A DNA stretch of 64,000 bases from NCBI GenBank assembly GCA_963756595.1, contig CAVWOZ010000032.1, positions 32,886 to 96,885 on the forward strand, read 5' to 3'. Shown piece by piece: positions 8,013 to 18,279 of this stretch. Below the pieces are notes generated by a model. The model made no database searches. It was not told where the DNA came from and saw only the letters and a list, made by a program, of their open reading frames with translations. How positions within the stretch are numbered: the stretch's first letter is position 1; every line of letters starts with the position of its first letter. The translations under genes and the position numbers were made by a program. Origin of the DNA: an uncultured Acidobacteriota bacterium (GTDB taxonomy: Bacteria > Acidobacteriota > Thermoanaerobaculia > Multivoradales > UBA5704).

Positions 8013-10928
8013 CTACCCGCTCGCGTCCAGCAGTGCCTTGGCTTCGATCAGGTCGCCCGTTGCGAAGCCCTCGGCGAAGGACCCATAGACACGCCGAAGC
8101 TCCTTGAGCCGCGCGCGCTTCTGCGCACCGCGATCGAGCTTGGCGAGGGTCAGCTCGGCCCGCAGCTCGAAGGATCTGGCCCCCTGCTGCCGGGAGATCT
8201 CGAGCGCCCTCGCGAGGGCTCGCCGGGCTTCGGCGGGATCGACGTCCGCGAGAAGCTCGCCCCGCACGCAGTGCAGCTCCGCGGACCACGCCCGCTCGTC
8301 GCTCACCTCGACGAAAGCCAGCGCGTCGTCGAGCTCCCGCAGCGCCCGGTCTGCATGCCCGGCCGCCGTGTACACCCGGGCGACGCACGGCGTGAACGCC
8401 GTGCGTCCGTAGGGGCCCGCTTCCAGGAGGCCGGACAGCGTGGACGACAGCTCTTCGCAGTGGGCCTTCGCCGTCTGCGGCTCGAGGACCGTCGCCGCCC
8501 AATGATGGAGCGACATCGCCCGGCCCTGCCAAACGGGAGAGCCGACCTCACGAGCCACCTGAAGCGCCCGGCGGGCGGTCTCCAAGGTCTTCTCGGGCTC
8601 TCGGCGCCACATGTGTGCGAGCGCCGTGATGGTGAGCGCCGTGACCAGATGGAACGGATCGCGCAGCACCCCCACTCGCGACAGCATCCTGCCGGCGAGG
8701 GCCATCGCTTCGTCGGGCGCGCCACCGAGCCAGGTGAGCACGACCACGTGGCCACTCCACAGGCCCACCACGGGCGCGTTGACGATGCGCGCGGTGTCGC
8801 TCTCCGCGGCGTCCAGCACGATGCACGCTTCAGTGAGCGGTCGCCGCGCCGCGGCGAGCTGACCACGGAACAGCCGCGCGGAGCACGCAACGACGGTCGC
8901 CTCCGCGGCCGCGACCGGATCGGCGAGCCGCTCGAGGACCTCGGCGACCTCCGCCTCGTAGGGCTCGACTTTCGCAAGCTCGCCGCGAACGAAGTGACAG
9001 CGCTGCCGGCCGAGAAGAGCAGCGAGCAGGCCCCGGTCATCGCCGAGTTTGCGCGCCAGCTCCGCGGTCCGCGCGAAGGTTTGCTCGAGAAGCGGGTCCT
9101 GAGTGCCCTGGAGCGCGATGATCGCGGGTCCCAGGTACTTCAGCACCGCGAGCTCGGCGTGATCCGAATCCTCCGAGTCGGGTAGTTTCGCCAGCAAGGC
9201 CCGGGCGCGATTGAGCTGGCTGAGCGCGTCCGCGCGACCGAACCGGCGCATCGCCCGCTCTCCCGCCAGGCAGTAGTAGCGGACGGCCTTGCGAATGACC
9301 TGTGCCTCGTCGAAGTGGATGGCGAGCTCCCCGGCGACCCCCTCGGAGTGTTCGCCATAGCCGGCCTCCATCCCCTCGGCCACCCTGCGGTGCCAGGCGC
9401 GCCTGGTTGCCGACGGGATGCGTGCCAGCGCCGCGTCGCGATACAGCGCGTGGGCGAAGCCGTAAAGCGACTGGATCGTCCCGTCCGGCCAGGGCTCGGA
9501 GCCGACGAATCGCAAGAAGCGCTGCTCGCTGGCGAGTCCCTCGCAAAGCGTGTCCACGTCGTCCGCCGGCAGCTCCAGGACCTGAGCCACACAGCCCGCG
9601 GGGAATTGCGCTCCGAACACGCTGGCCGCCTCGAGGATTCGCTGCTCGTTCGAGCTCAGACGATCGATCTGAATGTCGATGAGCTGGCGCACCGTATCCG
9701 GCCGACGGCTCGCGACCTCGGCAACGTTCGCGGTGAGCTGCCATGCGCCATCGACGCGCCGGATCATCCCGCGACTCTCGAGGTCGTCGACGACGGCGAC
9801 GGTGAAGAGCGGATTCCCGCCCGTCATCCCATGGAGGGTGCTCGCGAGCTCCTCCAGGAACCGGGGATTCGAGAAGCGCTGCGCGAGATAGTCGGCGACG
9901 GCGGTTTCCGAAAAACTCTCGAGGTGCAGCGTGGACGCCTGCTTGCGCGCGCTCAGCTCCGCGATGACCTTCGCCAGCCCGTCGCCTTTGGTGAGCTCGG
10001 CCTGACGGCAGGTCAAAAGGACGAGAACCCGTGCCGGTTCGCGGCGTGCTCCGAGCATCGCGACGAGGTCCGTCGTCGAGCGGTCGGACCATTGCATGTC
10101 CTCGAGCACCAGGACCAGGGGCGTCTCGGCGGCGAGGACCTCGAACGCTTCGGCGAGCTCGCGAAGCATGCGCCCCTGCGTCGCACCCTGGATCCGGAGG
10201 TGCAGCGCCTGCAGGGTCTCGTCCGTTACGAGTCCCGGCATTTGCACCAGCCACATCGGCGCATACCGCCCCAGGAGATCCACGATGCGCTCGCCGTCGG
10301 GCGCACGACAGGCCGCCCCGAGGGCCGCCAGGACGGGGAGGTACGCCTCGCCCGTGCCGAACTGCTCGACGCACGAGCCCGTGACGATCCTGGCACCCTG
10401 AGGCGCGGCGATCCGGGCGAGGAAGGCATCGATGAGGGTGGTCTTGCCGATTCCCGGGTCGCCCGTCACGAAGAGCACTCGCCGCTGCTCATCGAGAACG
10501 GCTTCGAAGGCTTGCCGCAAGAAGTCCATCTCCTCGCTGCGACCCACCAGACGGGCCGTGGTCGCAGGCGCCTCGACCGTCTTCGGCAGGCTCGCCGGCG
10601 GTCTCTCCGCCCCGACCTCGAGGAGAAAGCGATAGCCGCGCCCGACGACGGTCTCGATGGCGCCTTCGCCGAGCACGCGCCGGACCTCGCTCATGTGCGT
10701 ACGGAGAAGACTCTCGCTCATCGCGATCTTCCCCCACACCGCCTCCACGACCTCCTCCTGAGTGACGAGACGGAGCGGGTTCGCCGTCAGGAATCGGAGG
10801 ATCGCAAACGGCTTGCGACGGAGCTTCAGCTCGTCATGGCCCTTCCACAGGCGCTGCTCTCCGACGTCCAGGCGGAACGGGCCGAAGGAGCGTACGTCTG
10901 TTCCACGACCGCCCGCCGCGCGCGACAT
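8013..10928 (-). CDS. Winged-helix (OmpR/PhoB-type DNA-binding) - AAA ATPase - TPR transcriptional regulator
   Basis: N-terminal trans_reg_C-like RKPFAILRFLTANPLRLVTQEEVVEAVWG...VVGRGYRF. Walker A is LFVTGDPGIGKTTL. The long helical/TPR-like C-terminus is architecturally like AfsR/MalT-type regulators. Confidence 0.75.
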   Translation of the reverse strand: MSRAAGGRGTDVRSFGPFRLDVGEQRLWKGHDELKLRRKPFAILRFLTANPLRLVTQEEVVEAVWGKIAMSESLLRTHMSEVRRVLGEGAIETVVGRGYRFLLEVGAERPPASLPKTVEAPATTARLVGRSEEMDFLRQAFEAVLDEQRRVLFVTGDPGIGKTTLIDAFLARIAAPQGARIVTGSCVEQFGTGEAYLPVLAALGAACRAPDGERIVDLLGRYAPMWLVQMPGLVTDETLQALHLRIQGATQGRMLRELAEAFEVLAAETPLVLVLEDMQWSDRSTTDLVAMLGARREPARVLVLLTCRQAELTKGDGLAKVIAELSARKQASTLHLESFSETAVADYLAQRFSNPRFLEELASTLHGMTGGNPLFTVAVVDDLESRGMIRRVDGAWQLTANVAEVASRRPDTVRQLIDIQIDRLSSNEQRILEAASVFGAQFPAGCVAQVLELPADDVDTLCEGLASEQRFLRFVGSEPWPDGTIQSLYGFAHALYRDAALARIPSATRRAWHRRVAEGMEAGYGEHSEGVAGELAIHFDEAQVIRKAVRYYCLAGERAMRRFGRADALSQLNRARALLAKLPDSEDSDHAELAVLKYLGPAIIALQGTQDPLLEQTFARTAELARKLGDDRGLLAALLGRQRCHFVRGELAKVEPYEAEVAEVLERLADPVAAAEATVVACSARLFRGQLAAARRPLTEACIVLDAAESDTARIVNAPVVGLWSGHVVVLTWLGGAPDEAMALAGRMLSRVGVLRDPFHLVTALTITALAHMWRREPEKTLETARRALQVAREVGSPVWQGRAMSLHHWAATVLEPQTAKAHCEELSSTLSGLLEAGPYGRTAFTPCVARVYTAAGHADRALRELDDALAFVEVSDERAWSAELHCVRGELLADVDPAEARRALARALEISRQQGARSFELRAELTLAKLDRGAQKRARLKELRRVYGSFAEGFATGDLIEAKALLDASG

Positions 10929-10984
10929 TCGGCAGATTATAGCGGGGTCGAGGCCTGCGAGTCGCGAGCCGGCCCACCACCGGC

Positions 10985-12120
10985 GTGGTAGCGTTTACGG
11001 CCATGCCGATGGGGTGGAGAGTGCCTGGGCATCGCGGGGTCGTCTGGGCCTCCTTCGTGGCACTGCTGCTCGCCGCGCCGAGGGCCGGCCTCGGCCTCGA
11101 CCCCGGCACTTCCCTCACCCAGTACGGCCACACCGCGTGGCGTGTCCGGGAAGGGCACTTCGCCGGGGCCCCTTCCGCGGTCACCCAGACGAGAGATGGC
11201 TTCCTGTGGATCGGAACCCAGACCGGGTTGATCCGTTTCGACGGCGTGCGGTTCATGCCTTGGCAGCCGCCGGCGGGATCGCAGCTTCCGAACGAGCGGA
11301 TCGTCAGCCTCCTGGGGGCCCGCGATGGGAGCCTGTGGATCGGCACCGCCAATGGACTGGCGCAGTGGCGCGCCCCGAACCTCGTGGTCCATGCACGGGC
11401 GGGGCGCTTCGGCGCTCTCCTCGAAGACCGCAGGGGCACGATCTGGGCGGGGCACACGCGGGCGTTAGGGGAGGTTCCATCCCTGTGCCGTTCGGTGCGC
11501 GGGGACTTCCGGTGTTCCCGGTTCCCGGATGAGTATGGGCTCGAGTATGTCCGGGCTCTGCACGAGGACCGGCAGGGCAACGTCTGGCTCGGAGGGGATC
11601 GGGGGGGTCTGCCGATGGAAGCCGGAGGCGCCGGAGAAACCGGAGTGCCATCCGATCGGGAGCCCGGCCCCAGGGACGGACGAGTACGGAGTCTTCGTCC
11701 TCGGCGGCGACTCCGGCGGCACCTTGTGGGCGGGGACCAAAGCCCGGGGGATCTGGTGGCTCGTGGCGGGTCGTTGGATGCGCTATCCCAGCCCGCCGGA
11801 CCCTGAGCTGGAAGCCCAGAAGATGCTCTCCGATCGAGAGGGCGGCTTGTGGCTGGGCACGCTGAGTCACGGGCTCCTCCGGATCGCACCGGGACGGACG
11901 GAGCGGTTCACCCGGGCCGACGGGCTGTCGGGCGACGCGGTGAACGACCTCTTCGAGGACCGGGAGGGAAGCCTCTGGGTCGCGACGACCGCCGGCCTGG
12001 ACCGCTTCCGCGACGTCAAGGTGGCGACGCTGACGGCGCAGGAGGGGTTGGGGGGAGGCGACGTCGGAGCGGTCGTGGCCTCCCGGGATGGCAGCCTCTG
12101 GATCGCCGAACGACGCGCGC
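10985..12120 (+). pseudogene. Two-component-regulator propeller (Reg_prop repeat) sensor fragment, frameshifted and lacking output domain
   Basis: Signal peptide followed by repeated DGxLWIGTxxGL propeller motifs in frame 1 (10985-11806). The repeats continue in a different frame from about 11700 (GTLWAGT, GGLWLGT, GSLWVAT, GSLWIAE). No kinase, HTH or GGDEF domain follows. The second frame runs without a stop into the CPBP gene. Confidence 0.5.
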
Positions 12121-12254
12121 TGATCCATCCGCTCCGGGAGCGGGGACCGAGGTGCTCCTCGTCGTGCCGGCCTCGGCCGGGCGCCGCCGGAAATGCTAGT
12201 CTCCCGGCCGGTAAGAGCGCTCCTGCGCCGCCCCCAGAACGGGAAAGGAGCCTG

Positions 12255-13142
12255 ATGGAGCTTGCCCGCCTGCCGCCGCCGGTGCTCGTCACCTACGGGT
12301 TCCTGCTCCTGGCGATCGTCGGGTTGTGGGTCCGGCCGGTGGTCTGGGTGGCGGCGCTCCTCGGCGCTATAGGTTGCGGGTATTGGAGCGGCGTCCTCAC
12401 CGGACCCGCCGCGGTCTGGCCTGCCTTCCTGGCGGGCGCCTGCTGGCTGGTTCGGACGGGCCGGGGGGCGCCTGCCGGCTCACGCCGCCGCCTCCAGGTG
12501 CCGGCGGCAGCGGCCGTCGTGATCCTGGCGTTTCTGCTGGGAGCGCACCGGCTGCCAGGCTTTCACAATCCGGTTCTGGTGCGAGACCTGGTCCTCTCCG
12601 CGGGCGCACTTCCCTATACGCAGTCCCTGAGCTTCGACAAGGCGCTGGCCGGTCTGCTACTGACCGGCATCCTCGGCGAAGGGCTGCTGCGGTCCCGCCG
12701 GGACTGGCTGGAGGCCCTGCGGCTCGCCTCGCCTTGGATCCTCGCCACCCTCACCGTCGTGCTCGGGCTGGCGTTTGCGCTCGGCCAGGTTGCGCTCGCT
12801 CCGAAGTGGACGTCCTTCTTCGGGCCCTGGGCCGTGACGAACCTCTTCTTCACCTGCGTTGCCGAAGAGGCGTTCTTCCGCGGCTTCCTGCAGCGGGAGC
12901 TGGGCCGGACGCTCGCGGGGCTCGGCGGCGGGCGGCCGCTGGCCGTCGCCGGGAGCGCGGCGCTGTTCGGGTTGGCCCATTGGGCGGGCGGGTGGTCTTA
13001 CGTTCTGCTCGCCGCGTTGGCAGGGCTCGGGTACGCCCTGGCCTTCCGCGCCTCGGGGCGCATCGAGATGGCGATCCTGGCGCACTTCGGCCTCAACGCC
13101 GTGCACTTCCTGCTGCTGACCTACCCCCGCCTGGCGGCCTGA
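12255..13142 (+). CDS. CPBP-family intramembrane metalloprotease (CAAX protease/Abi-like)
   Basis: Start MELARLPPP is preceded by GGAAAGGAG. Multiple TM helices. Motifs EEAFFRGFLQ, FGLAHW and HFGLN are the CPBP catalytic signatures. Confidence 0.75.
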   Translation: MELARLPPPVLVTYGFLLLAIVGLWVRPVVWVAALLGAIGCGYWSGVLTGPAAVWPAFLAGACWLVRTGRGAPAGSRRRLQVPAAAAVVILAFLLGAHRLPGFHNPVLVRDLVLSAGALPYTQSLSFDKALAGLLLTGILGEGLLRSRRDWLEALRLASPWILATLTVVLGLAFALGQVALAPKWTSFFGPWAVTNLFFTCVAEEAFFRGFLQRELGRTLAGLGGGRPLAVAGSAALFGLAHWAGGWSYVLLAALAGLGYALAFRASGRIEMAILAHFGLNAVHFLLLTYPRLAA

Positions 13143-13227
13143 GCAGCGCGCTTCCCCCCGAATGGGGGCGCGCACCATGGCGGCCAACGCGCTCGCCACT
13201 GGCGGGGAGCGCGACCAGGAGGAAGCC

Positions 13228-14040
13228 ATGAAGACTCACGCTCTCGTCGCCGCCGTCGGGCTCATCGCCCAGGGCGCACAGTTGGGCGCTCTGCCTGCCG
13301 CCGCCGCCCCTCACCACGCCGAGACCGCGGCAGCGCGGCCGACGATCGTCCTCGTCCACGGCGGCTTCGTGGACGGCTCGGGCTGGCAGGGTGTCTACAC
13401 GAAGCTGCGCAAGGACGGGTACACCGTTCGCATCGTGCAGAACTCGACGACCTCGCTCGCCGACGACGTGGCCACCACGCGCCAGGTCATCGACGCACAG
13501 GAGGGACCGGTCCTGCTCGTCGGCCACTCCTACGGCGGCGTGGTGATCACCGAGGCGGGCAATCACCCGAAGGTCGCCGGTCTCGTCTACATCGCCGCCT
13601 TCGCCCCCGATCGCGGCGAGTCGGTGTCGTCGCTGATCAAGAACCCGCCGCCCGGAGCGCCGGTGCCGCCGATCCTCCCGCCGCGGGATGGCTTCCTGTG
13701 GCTCGACCACGACAAGTTCGCGGCGTCGTTCGCGGCCGACGTGGACGCGGCGACCGCGCGGTTCATGGCCGACTCGCAGGTGCCCTGGGGGGTCAAGGCG
13801 CTCGAGGGCGCGGTCTCGGAGCCCGCGTGGCGCACCAAGCCGAGCTGGTACCTCGTGGCGACCGACGACCACATGATCCCGCCGCCGGCGCAGCGCGCGA
13901 TGGCGAGCCGCGCGGGGGCGGCGGTGACCGAGACCCCCGGCAGCCACGCGGTCTACGTCTCGCGGCCGGCGGTGGTGGCGGCGATCATCGCCAAGGCGGC
14001 CGCCGGGGCTCCCTCGCCCGCGGCCGCGGTCGCGAAGTAG
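13228..14040 (+). CDS. Secreted alpha/beta hydrolase
   Basis: Signal peptide MKTHALVAAVGLIAQGAQLGALPAAAA. IVLVHGG oxyanion region and GHSYGG nucleophile motif. Confidence 0.75.
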   Translation: MKTHALVAAVGLIAQGAQLGALPAAAAPHHAETAAARPTIVLVHGGFVDGSGWQGVYTKLRKDGYTVRIVQNSTTSLADDVATTRQVIDAQEGPVLLVGHSYGGVVITEAGNHPKVAGLVYIAAFAPDRGESVSSLIKNPPPGAPVPPILPPRDGFLWLDHDKFAASFAADVDAATARFMADSQVPWGVKALEGAVSEPAWRTKPSWYLVATDDHMIPPPAQRAMASRAGAAVTETPGSHAVYVSRPAVVAAIIAKAAAGAPSPAAAVAK

Positions 14041-14050
14041 ACACGCTACG

Positions 14051-14710
14051 ATGGAGCCGGTGGGAGGCACCATGGCAGACGACGGCGCTCGCATCCGCGT
14101 TCTCACCGCCGACGACCACCCGGTCGTGCGCGCGGGGATCGCCGCCATGCTGGCCAACGAGCCCGACCTCGTGGTGGTGGCGGAGGCGGCGAACGGGGCC
14201 GAGGCCGTCGCACTTTTTGAGGCCCATCGGCCGGACGTCGTGCTGATCGACCTGCGCATGCCGAGGCTCGACGGCGTGGGCGCCATCCAGGCGATCCGCG
14301 CCGTCGACCCCGGCGCGCGGCTGGTCGCCCTGACGACCTACGAGGGGGACGCCGACATCCATCGCGCGCTGAGCGCCGGCGCCTGTGGCTATCTGCTCAA
14401 GGACGCGCTGGTCGCCGAGCTGGTCGACGCCGTCCGCGCCGCCGCCGCCGGAAAGCGGGTCATCCCGCCGGCGGTCGCGACGAGGCTCGCCGAGTTCACG
14501 CCGCGCGACGACTTGAGCGCCCGCGAGCGCGAGGTTCTGCTGTACGCCGCGCGAGGCCTGAGCAACAAGGAGATCGCGCGCGCCATCGGCCGCTCTGCGG
14601 AGACCGTGAAGGGGCACCTCGAGAGCGTCTTCCTGTAGCTCGGCGCCCGGGACCGCACGCACGCGGTCACGCTCGCCCTGGAGCGCGGGATCCTCCACCT
14701 CGACGAGTAA
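14051..14710 (+). pseudogene. NarL/FixJ (LuxR-type) response regulator interrupted by an in-frame TAG inside the HTH
   Basis: Receiver domain (LTADDHPVVRAGI...VVLIDLRMP) plus LuxR HTH (LSAREREVLLYAARGLSNKEIARAIGRSAETVKGHLESVFL). TAG at 14636-14638 is followed in the same frame by LGARDRTHAVTLALERGILHLDE*. The family consensus has K at the stop position, so the change is AAG to TAG. Confidence 0.7.
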
Positions 14711-14912
14711 CAGCCGGCCGAGTTCGATGCGAGGTTGTACACTTCGGAAGGTGCGATGATGAGACCCGATCCGTCCCCCTCCGCCCTCGCAAGGAGGCCA
14801 TCCTCCGGCGCCTCCGGGAGAGCTGCCCTGATATCGGTGTCCGGCAGATAGGGGTTCCGGGCACCCCGACCATGCTGGGCAAGGTGCAAGCGATCTCCGG
14901 CTGGCGGTCCCG

Positions 14913-16793
14913 GTGGCCATGACGAAGGACGCCTGGTTCGCGGTCAAGGTCGCCGGCTTGAACGCGCTGGCGTTCTCCATCACCCTGGCGGGGGTCACCT
15001 GGATCGATGCTCGCCTCACGTCGCATGTCGCGTTCGGTGCCAGGACCTACCCGTACGGCTATCCCCTCGCCGTGGCGGGCGGTCCGGTGGTCTTCGCCTC
15101 GACCCTCCTCGTGCTCACTCGGGCCTTCTCGTGGAAGGTCCGGGCCACGGTCCCGGCCGCGATCCTCGCCGGGATGGGACTCCTGGCCCTGCCTTTCTTC
15201 CTGCCGGAGTTTCCCCACGGTGGGATCTCCGTCTGGCTGGCCCAGTTCTCGGTCGCCTGCCTCCTGACCTGCTACATCCACTTCCTGCCCTGGCCGGCCT
15301 GGCTGGACTCGGAGAAGCTCGGCGCCTCGGCCAAGTGGGAACGGCTGAAAGAGTACGGGGTCCTCTGGCGGACGATGGCCGTCGCCATGACGGTCGGGTA
15401 CATGATCATCCTGCTGCCCTGGAGCAACTTCATCTGGAACCAGTCGCCGCACATCGTGAGGGACCCGGCACAGGCCTACCGGCTGAGCGAATTCGGGGCC
15501 ACAGGGATCGTGGGAGTCTCGGTCTATATGCTCCTGGGGGTGCTCTACGAGACCTTCCGCCGGGCGCATGAGGCCGCGGACCTCGCCCTGCGCTTCCAGT
15601 TGGAGGGCCAGCAGCTCGACAAAAGCCCCGGCCAGCTGTCTCACCGCCGAGTGCGATTCGAAGACTTCGTTCTCCAACTGGAGGCTACGGCGCGCGGGAA
15701 CTTCCGAGCGCGGGTGGTCAAGTCCCCTTTCGGCGAGGGCAACGTCGTCTTCTCCCTGCCGCTGCTCAGAAGCCTCGCCCCTGACTCGCTCGCCATCGCC
15801 AGCCGCGACCTAAGACTGGCACCCGAGCCGGCGGCCGCGCTCTCGCCGCTCGAGATCGGCGCCGAGCTCTACCGCGCGGTCTTCCAGGGGGCGGTCCGCT
15901 CGCTCCTCGACAAGAGCCGCGGCCAGCTCGAGCGGGAGACCGACCTTGGGCTCCGGCTCAAGATCAAGATCGACCCCAGCGACCCCGACACCAGCGTCCT
16001 CTCCGATCTTCCCTGGGAGCTCCTTTGCGACGAGACCGAGGACTGCTTCGCGCTCTCCCGCCAGACTTCGGTGGTGCGCTACCTCGATGTGCCGCGTTCC
16101 TCCCAGCCCATCCTCTTCACGCCGCCGCTCAAGATCCTGGCCGTCAGCGCGAGCCCGCGCGACCTTCCCGCCCTCGGCCTCGACGAGGAGATGAGACGCC
16201 TCGAGGGGCTCAACTGGAGCGGCTCCGGGGTCCAGGTCCAGGTCCTCCCGCACGCCTCGGCAGACAGCATCCGCCAGGCGCTCGCCGAGGACTCCTTCAA
16301 CGTCCTCCACTTCATGGGCCATGGCACCTTCGACCCGGCGACCGGCGACGGGGGGCTCGCCTGCGAGGCGGCCGACGGCTCGCTCGACCTGGTGAGCGGC
16401 CGGGCCTTCGCCACCAAGCTCCGTGACCTCCGCTCGCTCGGAGTGGTCGTGCTCAACGCCTGCAACACAGCGCGCGCCCAGACCCAGGGCGGGATGAGCC
16501 CGTTCCGCGGGGTCGCCACCGCGCTCGTCCTGGGTGGGGTGCCAGCGGTCGTCGCCATGCGGCGGGCGATCTCCGACCGCGCCGCGATCGGCTTCAGCGC
16601 CGCCTTCTACCGCCACTTGGCGCGCGGCGACTCGATCGACGTCGCGCTCACCGAGGGTCGGCAGGCCATCCACTCCGCCCGGCCCGACGCCTTCGAGTGG
16701 GCGACGCCCGTCCTCTTCCTCCGCCTGCCCGAGGGGAACGTCTTCGTGGCCCGGCCGGGGGGCGGCGAGGGTCACAGCGGTCTGCTGCTATGA
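14913..16793 (+). CDS. Membrane-anchored CHAT-domain (caspase-like) peptidase
   Basis: The N-terminal ~200 aa carries about six TM helices. The C-terminal CHAT domain has the catalytic His (VLHFMGHGTFD) and Cys (VVVLNACNTA) dyad. Confidence 0.7.
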   Translation: MAMTKDAWFAVKVAGLNALAFSITLAGVTWIDARLTSHVAFGARTYPYGYPLAVAGGPVVFASTLLVLTRAFSWKVRATVPAAILAGMGLLALPFFLPEFPHGGISVWLAQFSVACLLTCYIHFLPWPAWLDSEKLGASAKWERLKEYGVLWRTMAVAMTVGYMIILLPWSNFIWNQSPHIVRDPAQAYRLSEFGATGIVGVSVYMLLGVLYETFRRAHEAADLALRFQLEGQQLDKSPGQLSHRRVRFEDFVLQLEATARGNFRARVVKSPFGEGNVVFSLPLLRSLAPDSLAIASRDLRLAPEPAAALSPLEIGAELYRAVFQGAVRSLLDKSRGQLERETDLGLRLKIKIDPSDPDTSVLSDLPWELLCDETEDCFALSRQTSVVRYLDVPRSSQPILFTPPLKILAVSASPRDLPALGLDEEMRRLEGLNWSGSGVQVQVLPHASADSIRQALAEDSFNVLHFMGHGTFDPATGDGGLACEAADGSLDLVSGRAFATKLRDLRSLGVVVLNACNTARAQTQGGMSPFRGVATALVLGGVPAVVAMRRAISDRAAIGFSAAFYRHLARGDSIDVALTEGRQAIHSARPDAFEWATPVLFLRLPEGNVFVARPGGGEGHSGLLL

Positions 16794-16851
16794 TCGCCAC
16801 CCGTTGGCAGTGTGCAGGACCCCAGGGAACGGCCGAGCAGGATTCCAGGAG

Positions 16852-18279
16852 ATGCCCGTCATGCAGGGATCGCTGTTGGGGGCGGTGGTCCTCGCCTGCC
16901 ACCTTCTCGGCTTGCTTTGCGCCCTGCACGCGCTGATGTCGGTGCGGACGCCTCAGGGGACGATCGCCTGGGTGGTCTCCCTGATCGCGTTTCCCTATCT
17001 TACGGTTCCCGCCTACTTCGTGCTGGGCCGCTCCAAATTCCACGGCTACCGGATCGCCCGGCGGGCCTTGGAGGAGAGCTCGGAGCGCGGCGCCGTCGAG
17101 GCCGTTCAGCCGTTCATCGTGCAGCTGCCCGCAGACCGCGACGCTCTTCGGGCCGCCGTCGCGCTGGCGGACCTCCCGTTCCTGCGTGGCAACGCGGTCG
17201 AGCTCCTGGTGGACGGCCGGGCCACCTTCGACAGCCTCTTCGCCGGCATCGAGGAGGCCCGGCGGTACGTGCTCGTGCAGTTCTTCATCGTGCACGACGA
17301 CGATCTCGGACGGGAGCTCAAGTCGCGCCTGTTGCGCAAGGCCGCCGCGGGAGTCCAGGTCTGTTTTCTCTACGACGAATTCGGCAGTCACGACCTGCCG
17401 CGAGCCTTCGTGCGCGAGCTTCGCGACGGCGGCGTCCAGGTGAGCCCGTTCCATACCACCCGCGGCGCCGGCAACCGGTTCCAGCTCAACTTCCGCAATC
17501 ACCGTAAGGTGGTCGTGGTGGACGGCCACCACGGCTGGATCGGCGGCCACAACGTGGGAAACGAATATCTAGGTCTCAGCCCGCGGCTCGGCCCCTGGCG
17601 GGACACGCACGTGCGCATCGTCGGTCCCGCGGTGCTCGGCATGCAGAAGTCCTTCTTCGACGACTGGCACTGGGCCACCGGCCAGAAGCTGGCGCTCGAC
17701 TGGATCGTCTCCGACTCTGGACAGCGGGACGATGTGCCGGTTCTGATCCTCGCCACGGGGCCCGCCGACGCGCTCGAGACTGCGAGCCTGATGTTCCAGG
17801 GCGCCATCCATGCGGCGCGCCGCCGGATCTGGATCACCAGCCCCTACTTCGTCCCCGACGCCGCCGTGATCGGCGCTCTCCATCTGGCAGCACTGCGCGG
17901 CGTCGAGGTGCGCATCCTGATCCCGAACGATCCGGATCACATCCTCGTCTATCTGTCCGCCTTCGCCTTCGTGGGGGAGATGATCGACGCCGGAATCGAG
18001 ATCTATCGCTATGAGCAAGGTTTTCTGCATCAGAAAGTCTTTCTGGTCGACGGCCAGACGGCTGGCGTCGGCACCGCGAACCTGGACAATCGATCCTTCC
18101 GGTTGAATTTCGAGATCACTGCGATCTTCGACGATCCGGAAGTCGCCGGACAGGTCGAGCGGATGCTGGTGGCGGACTTCGCCCGGGCCCGCCGGATGAC
18201 GAGCGAGGAGCTGCGGGAGAAGCCGCGCTGGCTCAAGCTCGCCGCGCGCGCGGCCTACCTGTTGTCACCGATTCAGTAG
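16852..18279 (+). CDS. cls: Cardiolipin synthase (phospholipase-D family, two HKD motifs)
   Basis: N-terminal TM segments. HKD motifs are HRKVVVVDGHHGWIGGHNVGNEY and HQKVFLVDGQTAGVGTANLDNRS. Start MPVMQG at 16852. Confidence 0.85.
   Translation: MPVMQGSLLGAVVLACHLLGLLCALHALMSVRTPQGTIAWVVSLIAFPYLTVPAYFVLGRSKFHGYRIARRALEESSERGAVEAVQPFIVQLPADRDALRAAVALADLPFLRGNAVELLVDGRATFDSLFAGIEEARRYVLVQFFIVHDDDLGRELKSRLLRKAAAGVQVCFLYDEFGSHDLPRAFVRELRDGGVQVSPFHTTRGAGNRFQLNFRNHRKVVVVDGHHGWIGGHNVGNEYLGLSPRLGPWRDTHVRIVGPAVLGMQKSFFDDWHWATGQKLALDWIVSDSGQRDDVPVLILATGPADALETASLMFQGAIHAARRRIWITSPYFVPDAAVIGALHLAALRGVEVRILIPNDPDHILVYLSAFAFVGEMIDAGIEIYRYEQGFLHQKVFLVDGQTAGVGTANLDNRSFRLNFEITAIFDDPEVAGQVERMLVADFARARRMTSEELREKPRWLKLAARAAYLLSPIQ

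Noticed and set aside
8271-10991. Long + strand ORFs (8271-9185, 9315-10991) opposite the regulator gene
   Set aside because: They are antisense to the winged-helix-AAA-TPR regulator, which has clear P-loop and wHTH motifs.
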